From: Gemmatimonadales bacterium
GTDB lineage: Bacteria > Gemmatimonadota > Gemmatimonadetes > Gemmatimonadales > GWC2-71-9
Assembly (NCBI GenBank): GCA_965250155.1
Contig: OZ252291.1
Location: 708,583-772,582 of the forward strand
Length of the DNA stretch: 64,000 nucleotides
Direction: 5' to 3'
The notes under the pieces were generated by a model that was given only the letters and a program-made list of their open reading frames with translations, made no database searches and was not told where the DNA came from. The first letter of the stretch is position 1. Each line of letters starts with the position of its first letter. Both the position numbers and the translations under genes were made by a program. Of this stretch, positions 18,882 to 28,314 are shown piece after piece.

Positions 18882-19310
18882 TCAGCTCTTGGAGGGACGC
18901 TCCCGCAACCCCGAGAGAGCGGTAGCGAATACGCTGAAGACCAGGACGGCTACTAGTATGCACCACCGGCACCAGGCTTTGAGAACAAATGCCTCCAGGT
19001 AGGTGAGGTAGAGACTGAAGGCGCCGCCGCCGCCGCTCAAGGCCACCAACAGCTTTGTGGGACCCTGTTTTCCCACGAAGCCCGGCCGCAAACCTACGAG
19101 GCTCACTACCAGCAGCGCCAGGAACCCGGCCACTCCGAAAAAGGCGACCGGTATCCCGAACAAATAGGCGAACCGGCTCATCTGCACCACCTCGCATGAA
19201 CCCACACCGCACACCAGCGGCCCCATTAGCCCGATCTTCCACAGCGAGAGATAGAGCGCCACGTAAAGCCCGATGAGGGACAACGCGGCGATCACCATCC
19301 TATGCTTCAT
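18882..19310 (-). CDS. vitamin K epoxide reductase (VKOR) family protein
   Basis: Four TM helices, loop cysteines CGVGSC and the active-site motif CRWC. Confidence 0.8.
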   Translation of the reverse strand: MKHRMVIAALSLIGLYVALYLSLWKIGLMGPLVCGVGSCEVVQMSRFAYLFGIPVAFFGVAGFLALLVVSLVGLRPGFVGKQGPTKLLVALSGGGGAFSLYLTYLEAFVLKAWCRWCILVAVLVFSVFATALSGLRERPSKS

Positions 19311-19978
19311 TGGCTAGCGACAGCAGTAAGGCTGTCTACGATGGCCTTTATCCGATCATACGAAATCCCACCGTAGAGCCTGTTGCCGATAATGAAGGTC
19401 GGGGTGCTGTTGACGCCGAGAGCCGCGCCGCCCTCGATACTGGCCTGGATACGGCCTCGATATCTCCCCTCTTCCATGCAGGCGTCGTACTGGCCTAGAT
19501 CGACGCCGATGTCGCCGGCATAGCGTCGGAACCGGATTTCGGCGCCCGAACGCCCGGTCCATTCGTCTTGCATCACAAACAGCTTGTCGTGCATTTGTTG
19601 GAACATTCCCTGTTCGGCCGCGCAGGCCGCGGCGTGATGCGCCGGGCGGGAGTTCACGTGCATGCTGAGGGGGAAGTCACGAAACGCATACCGAACCCGT
19701 CCAGTCGCCACCAGCCGCTGCTTCACGTCTTGGACAGTCAGCACCCACTGTACCCTACAGGCGGGGCATTCGAAATCCGCGTATTCGATGATCTCAACCG
19801 GAGCATCGGCATCACCCACCACATAGCCCCCCCATCCCCGGCCGGTCTCGATCGCCGCGACGTCTATCGGTCCGCTGGGCAGTTCGGCTGCCCCCCGGCC
19901 CATCGCCACCAGCAACACACCGGCCCCGCCGACCACCAGCGCCCCGAATCCGACATAAAACCCCTTCATTCCAGCCAT
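19307..19978 (-). CDS. DsbA-family thiol:disulfide oxidoreductase, membrane anchored
   Basis: CPAC in EYADFECPACRVQW with an N-terminal TM helix. 4-nt overlap with the VKOR gene. The start may be the MKGFYV Met at 19969. Confidence 0.8.
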   Translation of the reverse strand: MAGMKGFYVGFGALVVGGAGVLLVAMGRGAAELPSGPIDVAAIETGRGWGGYVVGDADAPVEIIEYADFECPACRVQWVLTVQDVKQRLVATGRVRYAFRDFPLSMHVNSRPAHHAAACAAEQGMFQQMHDKLFVMQDEWTGRSGAEIRFRRYAGDIGVDLGQYDACMEEGRYRGRIQASIEGGAALGVNSTPTFIIGNRLYGGISYDRIKAIVDSLTAVASQ

Positions 19979-20295
19979 GGGTCGTTTTCCTCCGAGTCTC
20001 CCAACTCAAATTCGCTGCTATCGGGCAGATCGAGTTGATCTGCTGACTTTTTCGCCTGCTCCACGATCCTCCGTGATTCCCTAAGCTCAGGAGAATCGTA
20101 CGTGCACCGGACCTCGTAATGGAAGAGTTCGCTGCGGGCGTCACCCATGAGCCTGATCAGCTCGGGGCCGGCGTCCACGAGGTCACCGTGCGCCTTGAGC
20201 GCCTTGATGCGGGCGGCCAGCACTTTGAGAAGCCCCAGAAGGCGTTTTGCCCGGTCGTCATCGTAAACCTGTTCATGTGCCATAGACAGCTCCAC
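19966..20295 (-). CDS. hypothetical acidic protein
   Basis: 109 aa ORF heading the dsbA-VKOR-ccm string. It has coding-like composition and no recognised domain. Confidence 0.45.
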   Translation of the reverse strand: MELSMAHEQVYDDDRAKRLLGLLKVLAARIKALKAHGDLVDAGPELIRLMGDARSELFHYEVRCTYDSPELRESRRIVEQAKKSADQLDLPDSSEFELGDSEENDPWLE

Positions 20296-20488
20296 ATTTC
20301 CAGCGACCCGACCCGAAACGAGGAAAAGGACGCGTCGACATGGGTATTTTCAAGGGTAATTTAATCTCGTTACCGGCTCGGTGTGGTGTGCCACAGACAG
20401 GGTCGCGGCTCGGGCTTGAAACGGCCGCAGCAGCCGGATACACTTGCAGGCTGTATGAAATGCATCACCGAGAGGAGATACCATTCGA

Positions 20489-20758
20489 ATGGCCAGTAGG
20501 AAACCCGGGAACCGCACCGAAACACCCTCCAGCGTATTCGAACAAGCCAGGGACGAGCTTTTCAGCCATATCCTCCGTTGCGGGGTGTTGCAGGCCACCG
20601 TCGACCACCAAAAGGAGTGGTTTGACGATACCATGGACTACCTGTCCGATCGATACGACACGCTGCCGGATAATGAACTGGGCCGCGTTCGGCGTTTGGG
20701 CGAGCAGTACTGCCGCCCCGTCATCCGGAACAGTGATCCCGTCACGGCTGGCAGCTGA
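20489..20758 (+). CDS. hypothetical protein
   Basis: 89 aa ORF with balanced composition. A CGCGCG...CGCGCG hairpin lies just downstream. No recognised domain. Confidence 0.4.
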   Translation: MASRKPGNRTETPSSVFEQARDELFSHILRCGVLQATVDHQKEWFDDTMDYLSDRYDTLPDNELGRVRRLGEQYCRPVIRNSDPVTAGS

Positions 20759-20983
20759 ACCAGTTGCCACAAAGATATTAATCTCTCCCACGCGCGCAGC
20801 AAACGCGCGGTTTCCCCATCCACTCCATACCCTAACCGCATCGAACGGCACTCAGGGATCGCTGGACACTTCTACGTCGTACGTAATCTCCACGTCGGTG
20901 CGCCAGCGTATGCATCACGGAGCACCGGAACCTCAACCCCTCTCCCGCCCAGTCGAGTCGAGCCGAACGCTTCGGACCGGCGG

Positions 20984-21553
20984 TCAACCTCCCCTCCGAG
21001 TGGTCAACCCGAAGAACAAGCGGTGGCGGTTGAGCGCGTCCTCCGCATGGTATTCCAGGAGCCAATTCATGCTGCTCCGGAACCCCACCTCGAACCCCAG
21101 CACGAACTGAAGCCACGCCTCGGGACAGCTTGGTCCGGTGCTGCAGTCGTCACGGCCGGCGAGGGCGAGGCCGAATCCCACATAAGGGATCGCCTTTTCC
21201 GTATCCGGAGTGAAGCGATAGAGGATTTCAGCGCTTACCACGTAGGTGTCTACGTCCTCAGCGAAGCCGATCTCTGCAGATGGCCGCAGGCGCACCCGGT
21301 CGGAGCCCAAATCCCCCAAATCGACTGTGATGCTGATGATGCCTTCACCGTCCTCAAGATCCCACCCGAGACGGGTACCGAAGCCGTACAAACCAATCTT
21401 GATCTTCGAGCCCTGATCGGACTCCTGTCCGCCAACCTCCGGCGGAGTGAACTCTTGGGCCGACAACTTCCCGACTGGCGTTACTCCCGCCAGGAAAAGG
21501 AGCGGCCACGCCACAGGCTTTGTCGCCGAATGGGCCGATGATTTGCTCGTCAC
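20984..21553 (-). CDS. outer-membrane beta-barrel protein (OmpA/OmpW-like barrel)
   Basis: Signal peptide ...VGKLSA/QEF, alternating beta-strand pattern and an aromatic-rich C-terminal strand RHRLFFGLTTRRGG. Confidence 0.5.
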   Translation of the reverse strand: MTSKSSAHSATKPVAWPLLFLAGVTPVGKLSAQEFTPPEVGGQESDQGSKIKIGLYGFGTRLGWDLEDGEGIISITVDLGDLGSDRVRLRPSAEIGFAEDVDTYVVSAEILYRFTPDTEKAIPYVGFGLALAGRDDCSTGPSCPEAWLQFVLGFEVGFRSSMNWLLEYHAEDALNRHRLFFGLTTRRGG

Positions 21554-22086
21554 GGACGCCAGGCCTCCCGAGTGTAATCATATATAGCATACACGGATAC
21601 CGCTCCCGTCGCCCACGCCAGGGGCCGCAGCAAGTCCGAACCGGCAAGAAACGCAACCAAGGTGAGCCCCTGCAGGATCGTGACCGCCTTCCCTCCGGCG
21701 CGAGCCGGCAGCGCAGTAGCCTTACGCCGTACGACCGTTGTCAAGAAGGCCACAGCCGCGGTAAGGTCACGAATCAGCACACCCGCGACTTCCACCAGCG
21801 ATAGCACGCCACCCTGTAACACAACCACAAACGCCGCCAACATGAAGAGCTTGTCGGCAATCGGATCTAACACGGCACCAGCACGAGATCCGCCGATGCG
21901 ACGCGCCCATATCCCGTCAGCTACATCGCTGGCAGCCACTACAAGGATGATACCCAACCGCACGGCGGCGCTTTCGAACGCGAGGAACCCCACTGCCAAC
22001 GGGATCCTGAGGCCTGTAACAATGTCCGGAGCTTTGAATAACGGAACTGCTTGCCCGGCAATCGGTGCCCCTGTAGCTTGCGACAA
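21550..22086 (-). CDS. CDP-alcohol phosphatidyltransferase family protein
   Basis: Motif DVADGIWARRIGGSRAGAVLDPIADKL (D-G-x2-A-R...G-x3-D-x3-D) in a multi-TM protein. Confidence 0.8.
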   Translation of the reverse strand: MSQATGAPIAGQAVPLFKAPDIVTGLRIPLAVGFLAFESAAVRLGIILVVAASDVADGIWARRIGGSRAGAVLDPIADKLFMLAAFVVVLQGGVLSLVEVAGVLIRDLTAAVAFLTTVVRRKATALPARAGGKAVTILQGLTLVAFLAGSDLLRPLAWATGAVSVYAIYDYTREAWRP

Positions 22087-22117
22087 TTAGAACGCTCCTC
22101 CGATAGAACGGCTGCGA

Positions 22118-22576
22118 ATGGATCTCACTATGCTCAAGAATGCGCAGGTCTTTGCAGACCTCGACGACGAAGAACTCGCCACCGTTGCAGAAATCTGCTC
22201 CGCGCAATCGTTCAAATTCGGAGAGAAGATCTTCAAAGAGGGCGATCCCAGTAACCGATTGTTTATCATCGCCGAAGGCGAAGTCCGCATTTCCCGCGAT
22301 GTGCCCGGTTCCGGCGAAGAAGCTCTCGCCGTCTTGAAACCGGGTGCCTGCTTCGGCGAGATGGCCGTGTTCAATCGCTCTGAACGATCCACCGACGCCA
22401 TTGCCAACGTTGATTGCAAGCTCATCACGATTATCCGCGCCGATTTTGAGATGCTGATGGACTTCAACCGCGACCTGGCTTACAAGGTTCTCTGGTCGGT
22501 CGTGCGACTATTGTGCGAACGGTTACGCATCACGAACGACAATCTTCGTTCATTCCTCGCGATGTCCATGTTCTAG
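22118..22576 (+). CDS. cyclic-nucleotide-binding domain protein
   Basis: Motifs IFKEGDPSNRLFIIAEGEVRI and FGEMAVFNRSERSTDA. It is stand-alone, with no HTH domain. Confidence 0.8.
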   Translation: MDLTMLKNAQVFADLDDEELATVAEICSAQSFKFGEKIFKEGDPSNRLFIIAEGEVRISRDVPGSGEEALAVLKPGACFGEMAVFNRSERSTDAIANVDCKLITIIRADFEMLMDFNRDLAYKVLWSVVRLLCERLRITNDNLRSFLAMSMF

Positions 22577-25191
22577 CCCCCCCTCACTCCTCCCGTCTCC
22601 CGTCCCACCACCACAAACTCCGCCCGTTCCTCAGCGCGAAAGGTAGCGGCTGCGACCCGACGCACATCGTCCGAAGTAACCGCCCGCAGGCTCTCGGGCA
22701 ATGCCGGCAGCGACTCGAGATCGCCGTGAACCCACGCATCCAATATTTCGCCGGCCAGGGCCCGGCTGCTCTGGAGGCGAAGCTGCAGGGCTCCTGCCGC
22801 GTAATTCCTAGCCCGCTCGATGTCTTCCTTGGCTATGGTCGCTACACCCATCTCCGCCAGCTTCTGAAGCATGGCCTCCCGCGCCTCGCGTTCTTTCTCC
22901 GGCGAAGTGGCAATGTAGGTCAACACGGCCCCCGTATTGCGCTTCAGCCAGGGCATCGCGGCCACCGTATAGGCCAACGCACGAACTTCCCGAAGCTCCT
23001 TGAACAGGGTGCCCGCGAGCCCGCTCAATAGCGAGCCGGCGACGACGAGCGGAAACCGATCTGCCGATTGGTACGACGCACTGGGGAACGCCATTGCTAT
23101 AGCGGTTTGAGCCTTCTCGCGCGTCTCGCGGGCACGCCCCGCATGCCAAGTGCCGGCCGGAACGCCGGCGGTGCCGGCCTCGCCGCCAGTCCAGGATCCG
23201 AAAGCTCGGAGAGAGTCGATCATCTCCTCAACGCCGAGGTCGCCGACGGCGACCACAGTCAGCCTCCGGTTGCGAAGTTTCTCCGCCCAGAGAGCGACCA
23301 ATTGGTCACTCATGCCAAGCACCGTCTCAGGCGTCCCAAGAGCCGGAAGGCCGTATGCCGAATCGGGCAACGCCAAGGCTAGGGCGCGCTGGATGGGATA
23401 TCCAAACATGTCATCCCGTTGCCGCACCGCATCGCTGGCCTGTAGCGACCGCTCGACGGAGAGATCGTGAGGGCGCAAGTCGGGCTCGGCGGCAACCGTG
23501 TACAGTAGGCGGGCTGCCTCGCCCAACGCCGCCGGCCGCACGGTCATGCCCCAACCCACCAAGTCTGCGGAGGCGGAAGCCGCTATGGACCCACCCAACC
23601 TCTCGGCCGCCAGCGCCAGCTCCTCGGAATCCATCCCACCCGCGCCGCGAATTGCGGACCGCGCGAGCAGGGTGGATACGCCGGCCGTTTCCGCCGTCTC
23701 GCCGGCGCGCAGACCGAGAACGTAGGCACCCACGAATACCAATCCCGAGCCGGATTTCGAGCGCACCAGGAGATCGGCACCGTCGAGCGCCAGATGATAC
23801 ACGTTCCCCACCGGAATCGGGTGACCGCCGCCCGATTTCCTCCCACCCCGTGGCCTGAAGCTGATGTCGGGAGCCGCCACGCCGGACACCGGATCCCCCT
23901 TGTTCGAAGCCGGCGGCCACGTCGAATCCTCGAACCGTGTCTCGAAGGCGTCTCCTCCGTACATCACCGCAGACGATTTCTCTACCGCCAGGTAAGACTC
24001 GGCGGCCTCGCGAACCTCGCTCGTCGTCGTCTCCATCATGCGGCGATAGAATTCGTCCACCAGGGCGTACCCTCCGAGCGCCTCCGCCTCCGCCCATAGG
24101 CTCGCCCGGCCGTCCATCGACTCGACACGACGCGACCACTGTACGGTCATCATGGCACGGACCCGCTCCACGTCACTGTCAGCCGGTCCCTCTTCACGCA
24201 ACTGCGCCACCAGATCGAGGCTCCGGGAGACGGCGTCATCGATACGCCGCTCATCACCATCCAGCACCATCTCGAAAACACCCACTTCCGACGTCGCGTA
24301 GTGAAACGCCCGGGCGCTACTCGCCAGCCCCGGTGTCCGCACGGCACGTGACAGCCATGAGCCCCGTCCGGAGCCCAGAACCGCCCCCGCAAAGTCCAGC
24401 GCTGTCGCCGCGGGGTGTAGCGCGTCCACACTGCGCCAGCCGATCACCGCAATCGGTCGCTCCACATCTCCCCTGAGAACGCGGACTGCCGGGGCCGGCG
24501 AATTCACCTCATCGGGCGATGCTTCACCATGCGGGGCATCGGTGCGCCAATTGCTATAGGTGGCGCCCGCCAAATTGAGTGCGTGCCCTACGTCGAGGTC
24601 GCCCACGAGCGCTACGATGGTGCGCTCGGGCGTGTACCGCGTTCGGTAGTAGCTGCGGAGATCATCAGCGGTGAGTGCCCGAAGGACTTCCTCGGAGCCG
24701 ATGCGCCAGCGGCGAATCCGGTGTTGGGCGTACAGCAGCCCGTAGAGCGTTTCGCCGGCCACGGCCGACGGCGTATCGAGCTTGCGCTTTGCTTCCTGGA
24801 TGATGACCTCCAGCTCGCGCGACAGCTCATCCTCGTGGAACTCCGCATGCATGAGCGCATCGCCTTGGAGGTCCACCGCTCTTGCTAGGGCATCGTCCGC
24901 GGCCGGAAGTACGGTGTAGTAGACCGTCTTGTCGTAGATGGTTCCGGCGTTCAGGTATCCACCCAGCCGTTGCGTCTCGCGCGCAAGCTCGCCTGCCGGG
25001 CGTGTCGGAGTGCCCTTGAAATACATGTGCTCCAGCACGTGCGAGATCCCAACCCACTTGTCCGGCTCGTCGAAGTAACCGGCCTTCAAGTGGGTGACCG
25101 CAGCCACCACGGGTGCAGAACCGTTCCGCTCGACCAGAAGGGTCAGTCCGTTGGGGAGTACACGTCGCACTACGTTCGACACTAGTGACAT
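22573..25191 (-). CDS. M16-family (pitrilysin/insulinase) zinc peptidase, tandem M16 units
   Basis: HxxEH motif GISHVLEHMYFKGT and the downstream Glu region. At 872 aa it has room for two M16 halves. Confidence 0.85.
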   Translation of the reverse strand: MSLVSNVVRRVLPNGLTLLVERNGSAPVVAAVTHLKAGYFDEPDKWVGISHVLEHMYFKGTPTRPAGELARETQRLGGYLNAGTIYDKTVYYTVLPAADDALARAVDLQGDALMHAEFHEDELSRELEVIIQEAKRKLDTPSAVAGETLYGLLYAQHRIRRWRIGSEEVLRALTADDLRSYYRTRYTPERTIVALVGDLDVGHALNLAGATYSNWRTDAPHGEASPDEVNSPAPAVRVLRGDVERPIAVIGWRSVDALHPAATALDFAGAVLGSGRGSWLSRAVRTPGLASSARAFHYATSEVGVFEMVLDGDERRIDDAVSRSLDLVAQLREEGPADSDVERVRAMMTVQWSRRVESMDGRASLWAEAEALGGYALVDEFYRRMMETTTSEVREAAESYLAVEKSSAVMYGGDAFETRFEDSTWPPASNKGDPVSGVAAPDISFRPRGGRKSGGGHPIPVGNVYHLALDGADLLVRSKSGSGLVFVGAYVLGLRAGETAETAGVSTLLARSAIRGAGGMDSEELALAAERLGGSIAASASADLVGWGMTVRPAALGEAARLLYTVAAEPDLRPHDLSVERSLQASDAVRQRDDMFGYPIQRALALALPDSAYGLPALGTPETVLGMSDQLVALWAEKLRNRRLTVVAVGDLGVEEMIDSLRAFGSWTGGEAGTAGVPAGTWHAGRARETREKAQTAIAMAFPSASYQSADRFPLVVAGSLLSGLAGTLFKELREVRALAYTVAAMPWLKRNTGAVLTYIATSPEKEREAREAMLQKLAEMGVATIAKEDIERARNYAAGALQLRLQSSRALAGEILDAWVHGDLESLPALPESLRAVTSDDVRRVAAATFRAEERAEFVVVGRETGGVRGG

Positions 25192-25267
25192 ACAGCAACC
25201 GATTTCGAGTGGGTTTACGTGGCCGTCAGATCTGTTCCACAGCCGACAAATCTAGCCGGGGGAGGTA

Positions 25268-25298
25268 GGGGAGTGGGGAGTGGGGAGTGGGGAGTGGG
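25268..25298. repeat. tandem heptamer GGGGAGT x4 (plus a partial fifth copy)
   Basis: Perfect copies at 25268-74, 25275-81, 25282-88 and 25289-95, preceded by GGGGG at 25258-62. It is intergenic, between the TPR gene stop and the M16 gene start. Confidence 0.9.
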
Positions 25299-25304
25299 AA
25301 GCCG

Positions 25305-26453
25305 TCAGGCCGAGATTTGCAGCAATCCCGCCTCGGCGATTCCGCGGATGAAGCTCTCGGCGTCGGTGGACGGAACGGCGATGCCGGTTTGCTCCCGACT
25401 GCGGCGCGCCACGTCTTCCATATACTGGGCGAGCGACCCTCCCACCCATTGGTCGTCGTCCTTGACGATCTGAAGGACGATTTGTTCCCAGGTTCCTTGA
25501 TACGTCACCCCATCCTTCATCGTGACATTGTGGATTTCGCCGACGCGCCGGCGACGCATCGCCTGAGGCAGGGAGAGTTGGGCCGCGAAGAAGTCGAGTT
25601 GGTGCGGGTCGAGAAAGGTTCCGTCCGCGAGCGTTGCCTCGATCTCGGCCAGCACCCTGTCATCGCTGCTCATGGCAGCAGCAAGCTCTTGGAGGCGATC
25701 GACCCATGGGCGCACATCTGGATCGTCGGCATAGAGTCGGTACATCGATTTCTTCAGAGCGACGTAGCGCCAGAGGGCAAGCTCCTCCAAGTGATCCTGG
25801 GGACTCGTATTATCAAAGTGTTCGAGCGCGCCGTCGAAATCGCCACCGTCGTACAACACATTGCCGAGGTAGATCTGAGCCTCGGCGTCGTTGGGGTCCA
25901 ACTCCAGCGCGCGCCTGATCCACCGCACGGCGCCCTCGTCATCACCCAGCCGATGTGCGGCATACCCCAGGCAGGCCGCGGCTTCAGCCGAGTCCGGATG
26001 TGCCACCAACACAAGCCCGAAGAAATCCCGCGCCCGATCGAACACCCCCTCGCGGAAAAGGGTCCGCCCCACTTGCTGCATCAGGTCATGGTCCTCGCGA
26101 AACCCCAGGGCCAAGATCACGTCGAAGCACCGCAGGGCCCGGTCAAGCTTCCCGACCTTCAACAGAACCTCGCCTAGCCCGGCGAGTCCGTCTTCGTTTT
26201 TCGGTTCGAGAGCCAGGCCTTCGTTGAAAGATTGAAGCGCCCAGGCAATCTCGTCCCGAGCAAGGTGGGCGTACGCAATCCCAACGTGCAGTTCTGCTGC
26301 CTGAGGAAAAATGTCGATGGCTTCTCGCAGGACGTCGAGAGCGTCGTCGTAGCGGCCGTCGGTGTATAACCGATGCGCCTTTTCAGCGTAGTCGTCGGAA
26401 CTCAGGAATGAATCCGAAATCCGCCGGTCTCCAAGTGGAAAGTCGCACCACAA
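25305..26453 (-). CDS. tetratricopeptide-repeat protein
   Basis: Repeated 34-aa A/Y/L-patterned units, for example AEAQIYLGNVLYDGGDFDGALEHF. Confidence 0.75.
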   Translation of the reverse strand: MWCDFPLGDRRISDSFLSSDDYAEKAHRLYTDGRYDDALDVLREAIDIFPQAAELHVGIAYAHLARDEIAWALQSFNEGLALEPKNEDGLAGLGEVLLKVGKLDRALRCFDVILALGFREDHDLMQQVGRTLFREGVFDRARDFFGLVLVAHPDSAEAAACLGYAAHRLGDDEGAVRWIRRALELDPNDAEAQIYLGNVLYDGGDFDGALEHFDNTSPQDHLEELALWRYVALKKSMYRLYADDPDVRPWVDRLQELAAAMSSDDRVLAEIEATLADGTFLDPHQLDFFAAQLSLPQAMRRRRVGEIHNVTMKDGVTYQGTWEQIVLQIVKDDDQWVGGSLAQYMEDVARRSREQTGIAVPSTDAESFIRGIAEAGLLQISA

Positions 26454-26580
26454 TATAACGCAACTGCTTTTTGCACAAGCGGTTGCCGCACTGTCACGCT
26501 ATCACCAGGTTGCGCCTGTGCCGCCTCTGATCATGCTGCCCAAAGGTAGCATCAGGGTGGCGTGCGCAGCGGCGTCAGGG

Positions 26581-27060
26581 CTATGGATTCACTGAAATAT
26601 GTTGTGTGTGAATCCTCCAGAGGCCATCCTCGGAATCCTTCACGAACACCAAGGTTCCGAACCCAGCCCACACGTCGCGCCTCGTGTCAAACCACTGCAC
26701 GTCCACAGAGTGTCTGAACGTGACGACCGCCACCGTGGAGCTCAGCACCTCGACATGGGCACTTTGCGCCGCGAAGTTCATGAAGCGGGCGCGGCCGTAG
26801 AAATCCGCAATCATAGCCTCGTACTCTTCGAAGCCGACCGCTTTGGCGCCTTCGAGCCACATGACCGTCAGATCCGGAGAGTTCTCATACATTCCCGCCA
26901 GATCCTCGAATTCTTTGTTGTTCAAGGCCTTCGTCCAAGCGTTTACGCGACCTTGCACGAACTGCTCCTCGACGGCCCTCTGTCGCCGAGTCAGATCCGG
27001 GGACTCGCAACCCAAGAGAGCAACGCTCGCAATGGCCGTTGACAGTATCGACCGGCGCAT
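26581..27060 (-). CDS. NTF2/SnoaL-like (DUF4440-type) lipoprotein
   Basis: Lipobox ALLGCES and the C-terminal pattern GLWRIHTQHIS, typical of NTF2-like folds. Confidence 0.55.
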   Translation of the reverse strand: MRRSILSTAIASVALLGCESPDLTRRQRAVEEQFVQGRVNAWTKALNNKEFEDLAGMYENSPDLTVMWLEGAKAVGFEEYEAMIADFYGRARFMNFAAQSAHVEVLSSTVAVVTFRHSVDVQWFDTRRDVWAGFGTLVFVKDSEDGLWRIHTQHISVNP

Positions 27061-27247
27061 CTATCGCCTCCATGGCATCGGGAAATCCGAAGTACAAGCT
27101 ACCCGCGGTGAGCCTTGCGTCAATCCGTGGCGCCCTGTAAGGTTGCCTCCGCCCTTGATACGGATCGGCCGGGATTACCGCACACATTTTCCGACACGTT
27201 GTCGCCCACCCGGGGCATCGGGGCGGCCAGGCGGTGGAAAGGCTACC

Positions 27248-28225
27248 CTATAACTCGACCACCACCCCTAGGTCTCCTGCTTCCGCTCGCTGCAACGCAC
27301 GCGCCGCGGCACACAGGTCTTGCGCGGCCAAGCCCACCGACTTGAACACCGTTATCTCATCCCTTCCCTGCCTGCCGGGACGCGCGCCATCGACTATCGG
27401 GCCCAACTCGACCAGTTCGTCTTCGCGAATCAGTCCTTTCCGCACCGCAGCAATCACCTCGCCGGCCTGTTCCAACGTCGCCCGGACCTGATCTACCACA
27501 AGCCGGGCTCGGGGAAGCAAGCGTGGATCCAGCTCCTGCATCGATGCCGTGTACGACCCCACGGCGTTGATGTGTGTTCCGGGGCAAACATCGTCACTCG
27601 AGAGAACGGGCGTGGAAGCGGTCGTCGCGGTACAGACAATGTCTGAATCCCGGACCACTTCGGCGGCCGAAGACGCCACGTGAATGGTGTCCAGGACGTT
27701 CCCAACGCCCTGCATCTCCTCTGCAAACGGCTGCGCGCCGCCCGGGGAATAGACGGCCACCTGCTCGATGGTTCTGGCGCAGCAGACCGCCTCGAGCTGC
27801 GTTCTGGCCTGGGTACCCGACCCGATGATCCCCACCCGTGACGCATCCGCCTTCGCAAGCAGCGAGGTTGCCAGCCCCGACGCCGCGCCGGTGCGAATGG
27901 CTGTCAGCGCCGTTCCCTCGAGCAATCCCGTGGGACGCCCCGTACGCGCGTCGAACATCACCATTAGTCCCTGAATGAAAGGCAGACCGCTATCCGGATT
28001 GTTGGGAAACAGCGTCAGCAGCTTGGTGCCGAGCCGGACGGGCCCGCTGGTGGCTGCAGGCATGGTGAGCATGGCTCCGTCCCCGCCTTGCAGGGCTAGG
28101 TGCGTTCTCAGTGGCAACACGACCCGGCCACTGGATACGGCTGTGAAGGCCTCCCGCATCGCCTCGATGGCCTCCGCCATGGGGAGGGCGGCGCGAACGT
28201 CGTCGGCCGTTAGCAGTCGTATCAT
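27248..28225 (-). CDS. ornithine cyclodeaminase / mu-crystallin family protein
   Basis: MIRLLTADDVRAALPMAEAIEAMREAF, Rossmann motif VGIIGSGTQA and KSVGLAAQD. The start was taken at the internal Met (28225). Confidence 0.8.
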   Translation of the reverse strand: MIRLLTADDVRAALPMAEAIEAMREAFTAVSSGRVVLPLRTHLALQGGDGAMLTMPAATSGPVRLGTKLLTLFPNNPDSGLPFIQGLMVMFDARTGRPTGLLEGTALTAIRTGAASGLATSLLAKADASRVGIIGSGTQARTQLEAVCCARTIEQVAVYSPGGAQPFAEEMQGVGNVLDTIHVASSAAEVVRDSDIVCTATTASTPVLSSDDVCPGTHINAVGSYTASMQELDPRLLPRARLVVDQVRATLEQAGEVIAAVRKGLIREDELVELGPIVDGARPGRQGRDEITVFKSVGLAAQDLCAAARALQRAEAGDLGVVVEL

Positions 28226-28314
28226 CTCGGATCCTTGGAGTCGTGAGCAGTGAGCCGGCCACGCCCCTCCACTATTGGGTGGTGGGCGGCCCCGCTTATC
28301 TCTCACCGCTCACG

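Noticed and set aside
20340-21110. 256-aa plus-strand ORF spanning an intergenic region
   Set aside because: It overlaps both the better 89-aa ORF (20489-20758, different frame) and the OM barrel gene on the other strand. Its Pro/Ser/Thr/Arg-rich low complexity also argues against coding.
25268-25298. Short tandem repeats (here, at 45467 and at 54905) as a possible CRISPR array
   Set aside because: The units are 7-8 nt with no spacers, there are at most 4 copies, and no cas genes are present. They are simple tandem repeats.
25287-26177. 296-aa plus-strand ORF
   Set aside because: It is antisense to the TPR protein, whose repeat periodicity is evident. This is a shadow ORF.
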